Shown in pieces: positions 55,868 to 64,000 of a stretch of 64,000 nt of DNA. The position numbers were made by a program, and so were the translations under genes. The notes beneath the pieces were generated by a model. That model had not been told where the DNA came from. It searched no databases and worked only from the letters and a program-made list of their open reading frames with translations. The DNA is from a virus. The first letter of the stretch is position 1, and the number at the start of each line of letters is the position of its first letter. The stretch lies in IMG/VR virus record IMGVR_UViG_3300037465_000316, one strand, 5' to 3'.

Positions 55868-56055
55868 CACTCAAAGTCTCGCTAATCTACCAGATCACCG
55901 AGGAAGATATAAAAGGTTCTCTTATCCTCAATAAAGGTGATATCGGCAAGTGGTGTTACCTGCTCAATGGTCACTACCGTATCTGTAACAGTAAGGAGGA
56001 GGCAGAGCAGGAAGAGCAGAAACTGCAAGCCAAAATTCCAGCCAGTGGACGATAA
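55864..56055 (+). CDS. hypothetical protein
   Basis: ATGA-coupled ORF. Confidence 0.5.
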   Translation: MTLKVSLIYQITEEDIKGSLILNKGDIGKWCYLLNGHYRICNSKEEAEQEEQKLQAKIPASGR

Positions 56056-56216
56056 AGAACCGAAGAATATCGAATCTTATATCTACGAATTAAAGCTGGC
56101 CCAGCCAACCATTGAGGCGTTCCTGGCTCGAATTTTCAAGATAGTCAGGAACGCAGAAAAGCTCGCCGGCTATTACCGGCATTTCTACAAATGCGGAATA
56201 TGGGAGGATAGCCCCT

Positions 56217-56429
56217 ATGAGTCAAACAGACCCAATAAGGAAATGGAATGAATTTGGCCAGGTCCTAAAAGCAAAGCGAGACACGGCATATTATCGCTGG
56301 CGCTTCTTGCAGGAGCACGGATTTGAAATGGAGGCCATAATCGTCCGGAGAATCTATGATATTTACGAGGACCTCCTGGTCACAATGAACGACTTTGAAA
56401 TAAAGCCCTCAGAAGAACCGCCCTTCTAA
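56217..56429 (+). CDS. hypothetical protein
   Basis: GGAGG RBS; 70 aa. Confidence 0.55.
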   Translation: MSQTDPIRKWNEFGQVLKAKRDTAYYRWRFLQEHGFEMEAIIVRRIYDIYEDLLVTMNDFEIKPSEEPPF

Positions 56430-56583
56430 CTGCCTTAAGGCAGCCTCGCCAGGGTGAGAAACCTGGCTTATACCTCTCGGTGTCTAACCGACAGTGCCAA
56501 CGGGAGGCGAAACCGGGGGCAAAACCGGAAGGCTAATGAAACCACCAAAAGAGTGACTACTACCCACAGAAAAGGACTTACCG

Positions 56584-56841
56584 ATGAGCAAGCACAAACG
56601 ATTTCTAGAAATCCTATATACTGACGCTGTACAGCCGACCGATCTGGAAATTATCACTCCGGCAAACTTCAAGACCCCCGGCCTGGCCAAGCTCAATAAA
56701 GCTACAGTGGGCCAGCCACATCCACTAGCGCCTAACTCTAATCCTCTGATTTCCATAACCGGAGCACAAATAGGCTTTGTGGCAGCCTCAAATTTGATTG
56801 AATCACCTTATAACATGACCTACTGGATCGAGGAGCAATGA
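56584..56841 (+). CDS. hypothetical protein
   Basis: AAAGGA RBS; coupled to the MTase. Confidence 0.55.
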   Translation: MSKHKRFLEILYTDAVQPTDLEIITPANFKTPGLAKLNKATVGQPHPLAPNSNPLISITGAQIGFVAASNLIESPYNMTYWIEEQ

Positions 56842-57377
56842 AGCAGGAACTCCAAGTCTTACTCAGCCATGAGTCGGTTGAGTGGTATACACCATCTGAA
56901 TACGTGGAACTCTGCCGGCAGGTAATGGGGGGAATTGACCTTGACCCGGCCAGCAGCGATATAGCTCAAACCATCGTCAGGGCCACCAGATACTACACCG
57001 TTGAGGATAACGGCCTGGCGCTGCCCTGGTGGGGGCGAGTATTCTTGAACCCACCATATTCTAAGATCGGAAAAGATAGTGCTCAAGAGGTTTGGGCTAA
57101 TAAGCTCATCAAAGAATATATCTTTGGTGGGGTTGACCAGGGTATTATGCTGGCCAAGGCTGCGCTTGGCTATGATTGGTTCAAGCGCGTCTGGATGCAA
57201 GCGGACTCAGTCTGCCTGGCTCATGATCTCATTGCCTTCAAGAAGCCAAGGGAAGTTACCGGCCTAAGTAACGGTCGGAAAAGCAGCAAAGCTAAACTTG
57301 GCTCGGCATTTTTCTACTTTGGAGAGAACAAAGAGAGGTTTAGAGAGGTTTTTGAGACGATAGGGTGGATTTACTGA
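56838..57377 (+). CDS. phage N6-adenine DNA methyltransferase
   Basis: EWYTP, IDLDPAS, NGL...WWGRVFLNPPYS. Confidence 0.9.
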   Translation: MKQELQVLLSHESVEWYTPSEYVELCRQVMGGIDLDPASSDIAQTIVRATRYYTVEDNGLALPWWGRVFLNPPYSKIGKDSAQEVWANKLIKEYIFGGVDQGIMLAKAALGYDWFKRVWMQADSVCLAHDLIAFKKPREVTGLSNGRKSSKAKLGSAFFYFGENKERFREVFETIGWIY

Positions 57378-57814
57378 CGGTCGCCACCGCGGCCGGATTT
57401 ACCACCAGAAGCCACAATCGTCGCATTAAGAAATCTCTCAAGAGCTTCCTCATAAGCGGCTCTCTGAGACTCGCTCACGGCGGTCAGAATCTTCTCATGA
57501 GCTTCGCGCTGCTCCTTCATCATCGTCATAATGAAGGTTTCGGCGCGAAGCCGCTCCTCACGAACAAACTGCCGCCACTTCTCCTCATTGGATACCCAAA
57601 ACCGCATAAGAACGCCGGCAAGAACGGCGCCGATGGCCACCAGAGGATACTGCGCCCAGGCGCTGGCAGGAATCAGTTCCTCGATTTGCAGAAACACTGT
57701 TCCGGCCAGGACCGAAAGTGAAGCCACGTCAACAAGGAGAATTTTCTTCGCGGCATGAGGGACCAGCAATCCCCACAGCACTGTAGGGATTGCTGAAATA
57801 GACAGAAGAAGCAT
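57371..57814 (-). CDS. membrane protein (holin/antiholin-like)
   Basis: Three hydrophobic segments and a charged C-terminus; coupled to the holin. Confidence 0.55.
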   Translation of the reverse strand: MLLLSISAIPTVLWGLLVPHAAKKILLVDVASLSVLAGTVFLQIEELIPASAWAQYPLVAIGAVLAGVLMRFWVSNEEKWRQFVREERLRAETFIMTMMKEQREAHEKILTAVSESQRAAYEEALERFLNATIVASGGKSGRGGDRQ

Positions 57815-58041
57815 TATTCAGGCTTGTGCAGCTCGGTGATAACCACAGGCTGCTTGGCATGGACCTTTGCAGCCTCCTTACCCCAATCGGCTGCGCCTTG
57901 GGCTATGATGTAGCCGGCCAACGGGCCAACGATAACCCCGACCGTAGCAGCATCAAGGCCATTCATGAAAGCAACCAGGGCAATAATGGACGATAGAATA
58001 GCGGCCAGCAGCTTCTTATAACCTTCAAGTTTTTCAATCAT
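57814..58041 (-). CDS. holin
   Basis: 75 aa, two TM segments, YIIAQGAADWGK. Confidence 0.65.
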   Translation of the reverse strand: MIEKLEGYKKLLAAILSSIIALVAFMNGLDAATVGVIVGPLAGYIIAQGAADWGKEAAKVHAKQPVVITELHKPE

Positions 58042-58077
58042 GAGAAATCTCCTTTGCTAAATAAATTTAATAAAAAC

Positions 58078-58725
58078 TTAGGCGAAAACGCCTAAGATCA
58101 TATTCCCCAGGGTAACATGTGCTTTCTCAAGCTCGACCGGACCAGATGAGCCATTGATGTCGAGCCACTGGACGCCCTTATTGAGCTGCTTCGCCGGGTC
58201 ACTTAGAGCGAAGTCATGCAGGGTGTAAACCACTGCATTGCCGGTGGTATGAATCTGGTAGGCATAGGCCAGCGATTCTAAGACAGTGCCTTTGTAAAGG
58301 CTCTTATTAGTAGGTACGGCCTTTTGTTGAATGATAATATTCTTCACGTCAGACCAACCAAACCGGAAATTATTGGTCAGGTGAGCCATAAAGGTGAGGT
58401 CGTTATCCAAGACTATGCCCTGACCGTCAGCGGGGTCGAGGCTGATGACATCAACAATATCAACGGCGCCTAAATTTTCCACATTTAGAAATTCCCGCTC
58501 TGGAACAATAGTAAACAATTCATTTACGGCCACCTGAGCCACATCAAAGGCCATGAGCGCAAAGACGAGGATATGCTTTAGTTTCCCCCTAAAAATCACC
58601 TCTGCATCCTGCACCCAGGCGGTAAGTGAAGTCCGGCCATTTGTTGGATCTCCTATCTCATCACTGGCGAAACTGATATTTTCCACGATGAGATAGTAAA
58701 GCTGTTCGAGTTTGCGACGATCCAT
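58078..58725 (-). CDS. hypothetical protein heading the lysis-like cassette
   Basis: AAAGGAG RBS before ATG 58725; no catalytic motif recognised. Confidence 0.6.
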   Translation of the reverse strand: MDRRKLEQLYYLIVENISFASDEIGDPTNGRTSLTAWVQDAEVIFRGKLKHILVFALMAFDVAQVAVNELFTIVPEREFLNVENLGAVDIVDVISLDPADGQGIVLDNDLTFMAHLTNNFRFGWSDVKNIIIQQKAVPTNKSLYKGTVLESLAYAYQIHTTGNAVVYTLHDFALSDPAKQLNKGVQWLDINGSSGPVELEKAHVTLGNMILGVFA

Positions 58726-58753
58726 AATTCTCCTTTGGCTCAAAGTTTTTCCT

Positions 58754-58822
58754 ACTTTAACGAATTTTAGACGCAAACTCAATAGAAAATCTATTGAGTT
58801 TGCTCCTGGAATTTGCTAACGT
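58754..58822. promoter_or_regulatory. back-to-back late-class promoters
   Basis: Inverted repeat GCAAACTCAATAG-AAAAT-CTATTGAGTTTGC (58773-58803); minus TTGAGT-17-TAAAGT; plus TTGAGT-17-TAACGT. Confidence 0.75.
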
Positions 58823-58828
58823 AGTTCC

Positions 58829-58948
58829 AGGCTCAGGGTGAATGGCTCGGCCAAGAAAACACCCGGCATGGATGACCGGGCTGGCCGAGCCTAAATTACT
58901 AAGGCGCTTCGCGCCTCTCAAAAGCGACCTCACCAGGTCGCTTTTTTT
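58829..58948 (+). ncRNA. candidate structured small RNA (~120 nt)
   Basis: Bounded by a promoter and terminator, no ORF. Stems GGCTCGGCCA/TGGCCGAGCC, CCCGG/CCGGG, AGGCGC/GCGCCT. Confidence 0.7.
58920..58948 (+). terminator. intrinsic terminator
   Basis: AAAAGCGACCT-CACC-AGGTCGC followed by T7. Confidence 0.85.
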
Positions 58949-58957
58949 GTTAAACTA

Positions 58958-58983
58958 TGATAAAATGGTGATTAAATAATCAC
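58958..58983 (+). promoter_or_regulatory. extended -10 promoter with operator
   Basis: TG-A-TAAAAT(58961); GTGATTAAATAATCAC at 58968-58983. Confidence 0.7.
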
Positions 58984-59004
58984 CTTTCTAACGGAAAGGA
59001 TACT

Positions 59005-59328
59005 ATGGCAGACCCTCGTTACAAAAATGGCGTATTCACCAATACAGCCAGAGCCAAAAAGGACGCGCAGCGTCAGCAGGCCAATGCACTTGAACAAGCT
59101 CATCCTCTGTGCCACGGCTGGACCGTAGCTTACACCCACCCAGAGCTTAAGAAAGTAGTGTACGAACAGGCCGGATATAAGCTCATGGCCTGGAATGAGT
59201 CCGATTGGATGCTCCAACCCCCTGGAGCAGAAGACCCCCTAATCCTCGAAGGTTACAACATCACAGAAATCACGGAGCTTATAAAAAATGGCACAACAAC
59301 AGAAGAAATTATCAGAAGAACAAATTGA
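59005..59328 (+). CDS. hypothetical protein
   Basis: AAAGGA RBS; 107 aa. Confidence 0.65.
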   Translation: MADPRYKNGVFTNTARAKKDAQRQQANALEQAHPLCHGWTVAYTHPELKKVVYEQAGYKLMAWNESDWMLQPPGAEDPLILEGYNITEITELIKNGTTTEEIIRRTN

Positions 59329-59587
59329 ACACCTACGAAAGATAGCCCCCCTCGGCGGCCAGGCGGTTTATAAGAAATACGGCTCGGATTATATGAGCGA
59401 AATCGGGGCGCGAGGCTACGAGACAACCGTTCAACGACACTTTGGCGGTGATTATGAGGCCGCCAATAGATGGCTTCATAAAACGGGAACTGCGGTGGTA
59501 GACGAATCACCCAACCCCCTCCACCGGCAAAAATTCTTTAGACCAGGACCACATCCAGCACACCAAGATGAGCAAGCACCTCTATAG
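59288..59587 (+). CDS. small protein with KGG/stress-induced-like motif
   Basis: GGQAVYKKYGSDYMSEIGARG. Confidence 0.55.
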   Translation: MAQQQKKLSEEQIEHLRKIAPLGGQAVYKKYGSDYMSEIGARGYETTVQRHFGGDYEAANRWLHKTGTAVVDESPNPLHRQKFFRPGPHPAHQDEQAPL

Positions 59588-60137
59588 TGTTTTATACGAC
59601 AAAAACAAAAAGCCGCGTTACATCCTACCCTGCGCGGCCTACGCCAAGAACAGGGCAGGAGATACTGTCTACTTCGAGATAGTCTCGAACGCAGTCCAGC
59701 CGGTCAATGCGTTTTGGGCTAACATTCGCTGTAACTGGCGAACGACCCAACTCACACCTACCTATATCGCCATCTACGACCAGGACCATAATAAGGAAGT
59801 TCTCTCCATTGTACCCAGGGAGAAACGCCATTACGGCGCTAAGAATGGTCACCACTTCATGATGCATGAAGGGTTCGACAAGCTGCACCTGGAATATCTT
59901 CTGGGGGGCAGCCCCACCGAACCGGCGCCGATGTTTGAAACGGCGCTGCGCCAGTATGTTGAAGCCCCATTTCTCTCAGCCTGGACACAAACACTATGGG
60001 AGGCTGGCATTAACCAGAAACTAATCACAGAACTCTCAGCAGTAGGTATGACCGGCTGGAGATTAAGCAAAATCGCTAAAGGTTGGCAGGAACTCATCAT
60101 CAATCTTAGAAATCAAGGAGAATTACAACATGGCTAG
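59568..60137 (+). CDS. hypothetical protein
   Basis: 189-aa coupled ORF. Confidence 0.65.
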   Translation: MSKHLYSVLYDKNKKPRYILPCAAYAKNRAGDTVYFEIVSNAVQPVNAFWANIRCNWRTTQLTPTYIAIYDQDHNKEVLSIVPREKRHYGAKNGHHFMMHEGFDKLHLEYLLGGSPTEPAPMFETALRQYVEAPFLSAWTQTLWEAGINQKLITELSAVGMTGWRLSKIAKGWQELIINLRNQGELQHG

Positions 60138-63100
60138 ACTGGCCAGCCAGGAGAAGGCGCTTCATGTGCCCACTCCACTAACCATCATTCAAAAGATTCG
60201 CAATCATCTGCGTGGATATGGATCAAGGGGAATCATCTTTGACCCCTGCCTCGGCACAGGCGCTGCGGCAATTACCCTGGGGAAACTCCTGGGGGAAAAC
60301 TGGCAGGTGTATGGGGTCGAGCTGGATATCCAGCGAGCCGAAGAAGCTCAGAATCTACTCGGTAAGGACCATGTCATCAACGACTCGTTTCAAAATGTCC
60401 ATGTCACCGGCAATTGTGACCTCTTGTTCCTAAATCCACCCTACGATGATGACAGGGGAGAGCGGATGGAGCTTCAATTCTTGCGCTGGAGCCACAAAAC
60501 TCTCAGGAATAAAGGTGTTCTGGTCTACATTGTCAAGGATAAATTTGTTGACCAGGGCCAATACTCCGAGAAAACTCTAAAGCTTCTCAGGTCATGTGGC
60601 TTCTCCGGCGTCAAGGTGTTCAAATTCACCGAACCTGAGTACAGCGACTATCAGCAAATTGTGCTACTGGCCAAGAAGCTGGAGCATGGATATATCTCTA
60701 ACGGTGACATGGCCATAAAGGGTGAGATTGGCTGGGTCCCGAGCGGATATAGCGACTACCAGTATGTGCAGTATCTCGACCTCCGGCCGGAGAGCCAAAA
60801 CGACAATGACATGCATCTGGCCAGAAAACCAGGGAAAGAGCAGATAGTCTCTTTGGTCGCCCAACAGAATTGGTCGGCCTTTGAAACCCTGATCGGCAGC
60901 CCGGAAGATGCAGCCCGGCTCAAGCCATTGACCAGGCTCAAGGATACTAACGCAGTCCTGGTAGCCTGCTCCGGTCTGCTCAATAACGCGGTGATTGATA
61001 ACCGGGTTATCAAGGGCAGCACCTTTATCTATAAGGCAGTTAAGGGGAAAGTGGACCGCGAGGACGGGGGTACGGAGTGGAAGGTAGTTGAGGAAACGCC
61101 TACACGGTTCACTATCCTGGACTTGGCCACCAATACGATTTCATCCATAGATGAAATAAATAACAGCGATGAATACACCAGCTTTCTGGTAGCTAATGCT
61201 CGCCAGTTTGTTGAAGCCTGCGTGACGAATTACCCCCCACTTTACCGGCCGGAGCGCCACCGGCTTAATTTCAATCATCTCAACCCACCCAAAAAGCTGC
61301 CTGGCCGCGAAGATGCTCGTGGAGCTTTGCCAGAGCAGGAAGAATTGATGTCCGCTGTTATAAGAGGTCTTAATGGCCATAAAATCATAAACATCATTGC
61401 CCAGATGGGGGTAGGAAAAGCACAACCTTTAAATGCCAAAATTCTAACTCCAAAGGGGTGGAAGTTGATGGGAGAAATCAAAGTGGGTGACAAAGTATGT
61501 ACTCCCGATGGAGAAAACTCCATCGTTATCGGTGTATTCCCTCAAGGAGAAAAGGACATCTATCGAGTGACATTCAATGATGGCAGTTCTACAGAATGCT
61601 GTGAGGATCACCTGTGGGCGGTCAATTCTCCCTGGCGCAACTGGATGAATATGCCTTATCAAGTAAAGCCACTAAAGAAGTTCATGAACAACTTGGCTCA
61701 CAAAAATGGAAACCGACAAGTATTCATCCCAATGACCAAACCGGTCGAGTTCGAGGAGGAACATGATTTACCATTAGACCCATATCTTTTGGGAGTCTTA
61801 CTTGGTGATGGTGGGTTAACAGCTAATATTCCTTATCTTTCTACAGCAGATCAAGAGATTCTTGATTCTGTAAAAGCGCTACTTCCCGAAGGAGTTGAAC
61901 CAAAGTATGCAGGAAAGTATGATTATCGTCTATCCAAATCAAATGGGAAAATAGGTCATGGTCATACAAATCCACTAACCGAAATACTGCGAGATTTAGA
62001 GTTGATGGGCAAAAGCTCATGTCGAAAATTTATACCTAATATCTATATATATTCTTCAGTTAAAGATCGAATAGCCCTGCTTCAAGGTCTAATGGATACT
62101 GACGGTCATGTGGGACATAATCCAAGAGGTAGCTCATCAATTCCCGAATTTTCTACATGTTCCAGTGAACTGGCAAAAAATGTTCAGGAATTGATACAAT
62201 CTTTGGGTGGAAAAGCTGTCATAGCTACCAAAAAAACTGCCAGACAACTATCCTATAGATTACATATCAGCCTACCTTATGGAATCAACCCATTCAGACT
62301 GAAACGTAAATCCGAGACCTTTATACCCAAAACCAAATATCAACCTGTTAGGTGTGTTGAGAAAGTTGAATATATTGGGCGCAAAGAAGCGCAATGTATC
62401 TTAATTGATCACCCTGACCACCTATACATCACGGATGATTACATCGTAACTCATAATACTCTTCAATCCATCGGCATTGCCTACACCTACCTGGTGCAAA
62501 AGAAGTGGTTCAACAAGAAAATAGTGGTTCTCATCCCCTCCACGCCGGCAGACCTGGCGAACAAATGGATAGGTGAAATCAAGACAGTTCTCAAAGATCA
62601 GTTCAAGGCCGGTCAAGTGTGGGCTGCTCAAGCCGAGACGATCACCGATATTCAAAAAGCCTTTACCCGGCCGGGTATTGGCTTCATCGTCATCCGAGAA
62701 TACTACGCGAAGGCTGATAGTCCTTGGCTAACCGTAAACGCGCCGGCGCGCCGGGAGAAGATCGAAACAGGTGTGAAGGTCAGAAACCCAGAGACAGGCC
62801 AATTCGAGGATGAAAGTATAATCGTCAAGATTCGCTACTGCCCTTCTTGTCTCCAGCCCCTGACAGAGCAAGAAAAGGATATCCTCGATACCAACTTTCT
62901 CAAAGAGAAAGAGGCTGAGAACGAGGGCAAGAATCGCTACTCGGCCACCGGCCGAAAAATGCTCACCTGTCAGGATGTATACGACGATGGCAATCTTATC
63001 AAGAAAGGTTGTGGTAATGCTTTCTACACAAAGCTAAGAGCCGACTCCCTGGGGAAATATCCCCTGGCCAGGTACATCCGAAACCACTATGCCAGGCAGT

Positions 63101-64000
63101 ATTTTCTCATCGAGGATGAGTGTTTTCCTGGAAACACTCTAGTAGAAACCATTAATGGCCCTATCCCGATCAAAGATGTAAAGGTAGGGGACTTGATTCT
63201 AACCGAGAAAGACGGGGAATTAACCTACCGAAAAGTAACCCGTACTTATATCCAACCAAAGCTCAAACCAATGGTTAAGGTTACTCACTCGCATGGGAGC
63301 TTCATCTGCACATGTGACCATAAGGTTTTTGTAAGTGACAAAAAAATCGAAGCTCGACATCTTAATACAGGAGATATACTGACCCATGCACAACCGACCG
63401 TGCAAAGTTTGCGGTTGGATAGTGCTGAGATTCTGGAACAGCGAAATCGAACGGGATCTCCCTGGGGTAATCTCAAAAATTCAAGAGTGTGTAAAGTCGA
63501 GAAAATCTCAATCACCGACGAACTAATTTATGACCTTGAAGTTGAAGATACCCATAGGTACTTTGCTAATGGTATCCTGGTTTCTAATTGCCATGAGTTC
63601 AAGGCCGGTAGCTCCAATCGCGGCTATGCAGCCCAAGACCTCATTTCGGCCTGCATCTGTGGCATCCAGATGACAGGAACTTTCTTTAACGGTAAAGCCT
63701 CCGGGGTTTTCTACATGCTTTACCGTTCCTCACCAACCTTTCGTCAGATGTATGCCCACAATGAGTTGGGCAAATTCGTGGATGTCTATGGCGTCAAGGA
63801 GCAGGTGTTTAAGGAAGTTCCAGTGCGAGATGGCGGCAGCGGCTACTCTGGCTACCGCCGAATCGAAGGAGCGCCTCGTGAGGCTCCCGGTCTGCACCCC
63901 AGCCTGGCCAGCCTGATTCTCCCAAACACTGTTTTCATGTCCAAGTATGATCTCGACTTTGACCTGGCTCCCTACTCAGAGCACACTCTGTACGTCAAGC
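60130..64000 (+). CDS. N6-MTase (DUF6094-like)-SF2 helicase fusion, 3'-partial, with two inteins
   Basis: MARLASQEK; FDPCLGTG; FLNPPY; QMGVGK|T; EDE|CH. In-frame at the positions I translated; no stop seen to base 64000. Confidence 0.85.
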   Translation, partial: MARLASQEKALHVPTPLTIIQKIRNHLRGYGSRGIIFDPCLGTGAAAITLGKLLGENWQVYGVELDIQRAEEAQNLLGKDHVINDSFQNVHVTGNCDLLFLNPPYDDDRGERMELQFLRWSHKTLRNKGVLVYIVKDKFVDQGQYSEKTLKLLRSCGFSGVKVFKFTEPEYSDYQQIVLLAKKLEHGYISNGDMAIKGEIGWVPSGYSDYQYVQYLDLRPESQNDNDMHLARKPGKEQIVSLVAQQNWSAFETLIGSPEDAARLKPLTRLKDTNAVLVACSGLLNNAVIDNRVIKGSTFIYKAVKGKVDREDGGTEWKVVEETPTRFTILDLATNTISSIDEINNSDEYTSFLVANARQFVEACVTNYPPLYRPERHRLNFNHLNPPKKLPGREDARGALPEQEELMSAVIRGLNGHKIINIIAQMGVGKAQPLNAKILTPKGWKLMGEIKVGDKVCTPDGENSIVIGVFPQGEKDIYRVTFNDGSSTECCEDHLWAVNSPWRNWMNMPYQVKPLKKFMNNLAHKNGNRQVFIPMTKPVEFEEEHDLPLDPYLLGVLLGDGGLTANIPYLSTADQEILDSVKALLPEGVEPKYAGKYDYRLSKSNGKIGHGHTNPLTEILRDLELMGKSSCRKFIPNIYIYSSVKDRIALLQGLMDTDGHVGHNPRGSSSIPEFSTCSSELAKNVQELIQSLGGKAVIATKKTARQLSYRLHISLPYGINPFRLKRKSETFIPKTKYQPVRCVEKVEYIGRKEAQCILIDHPDHLYITDDYIVTHNTLQSIGIAYTYLVQKKWFNKKIVVLIPSTPADLANKWIGEIKTVLKDQFKAGQVWAAQAETITDIQKAFTRPGIGFIVIREYYAKADSPWLTVNAPARREKIETGVKVRNPETGQFEDESIIVKIRYCPSCLQPLTEQEKDILDTNFLKEKEAENEGKNRYSATGRKMLTCQDVYDDGNLIKKGCGNAFYTKLRADSLGKYPLARYIRNHYARQYFLIEDECFPGNTLVETINGPIPIKDVKVGDLILTEKDGELTYRKVTRTYIQPKLKPMVKVTHSHGSFICTCDHKVFVSDKKIEARHLNTGDILTHAQPTVQSLRLDSAEILEQRNRTGSPWGNLKNSRVCKVEKISITDELIYDLEVEDTHRYFANGILVSNCHEFKAGSSNRGYAAQDLISACICGIQMTGTFFNGKASGVFYMLYRSSPTFRQMYAHNELGKFVDVYGVKEQVFKEVPVRDGGSGYSGYRRIEGAPREAPGLHPSLASLILPNTVFMSKYDLDFDLAPYSEHTLYVK
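61420..62457 (+). mobile_element. class 3-type intein with LAGLIDADG homing endonuclease
   Basis: Ala1 (AQPLNAKILTP); block B CCEDHLW; LLGVLLGDG and LQGLMDTDG; QCI...IVTHN|T. Confidence 0.9.
63121..63588 (+). mobile_element. mini-intein in Walker B
   Basis: CFPGNTLV...CTCDHKV...YDLEVEDTHRYFANGILVSN|C; 156 aa, no endonuclease motifs. Confidence 0.85.

Noticed and set aside
56490-56560. Possible c-di-GMP-I (GEMM) riboswitch: GGGGGCAAAACC...CTAA
   Set aside because: The upstream GGCAAAC/GNRA hairpin and the closing P1 pairing could not be built; resemblance is partial.
1-64000. CRISPR array or mini-array built from the CCCTGGGG repeats
   Set aside because: The repeats are only 8-18 bp, dispersed and mostly inside genes, with no regular spacer periodicity.
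1-64000. Joining the end-of-window helicase to the start-of-window helicase (circular contig)
   Set aside because: The 3' gene has already passed Walker A and B, while the 5' gene is at Walker A; they are different genes.

Overview
This window is a 64-kb internal piece of a large tailed dsDNA phage or prophage with siphovirus-type gene order; both ends cut through SF2 helicase genes. No CRISPR array, rRNA or canonical tRNA was seen. Layout: (i) 1-4291 (+): intein-bearing helicase and AAA/Sak4-like recombination gene. (ii) 4359-34815 (-): morphogenesis module with terminase, portal, scaffold, N4-gp56-type capsid, neck, tail tube, frameshifted chaperones, a ~2870-aa tape measure protein (TMP) and tail tip/fibre genes. 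Inserted in it are an Acb2-like sponge, a glycosyltransferase, a secreted Ig-like protein and a DUF5662 gene. (iii) 35062-57377 (+): DNA-modification and early genes (two adenine MTases, a degenerate MTase, DUF6884, a TGT/DpdA-like protein, ASCH, Mom-like, PAPS-reductase-like), a tyrosine recombinase, a single-subunit double-psi-barrel RNA polymerase, RNase H and SSB. (iv) 57371-58725 (-): holin-like cassette. (v) 59005-64000 (+): ends in an MTase-helicase fusion with two inteins. Main findings: an RNA-polymerase-like domain in the N-terminal half of the TMP; a ~120-nt small RNA whose 5' end is complementary to a loop motif in Shine-Dalgarno-masking hairpins of the capsid and tail-tube leaders; a tRNA-like RNA with a truncated anticodon arm; and at least 33 copies of CCCTGGGG against ~2 expected. 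Family assignments come from reading motifs by eye, not from database searches, and motif counts are manual.
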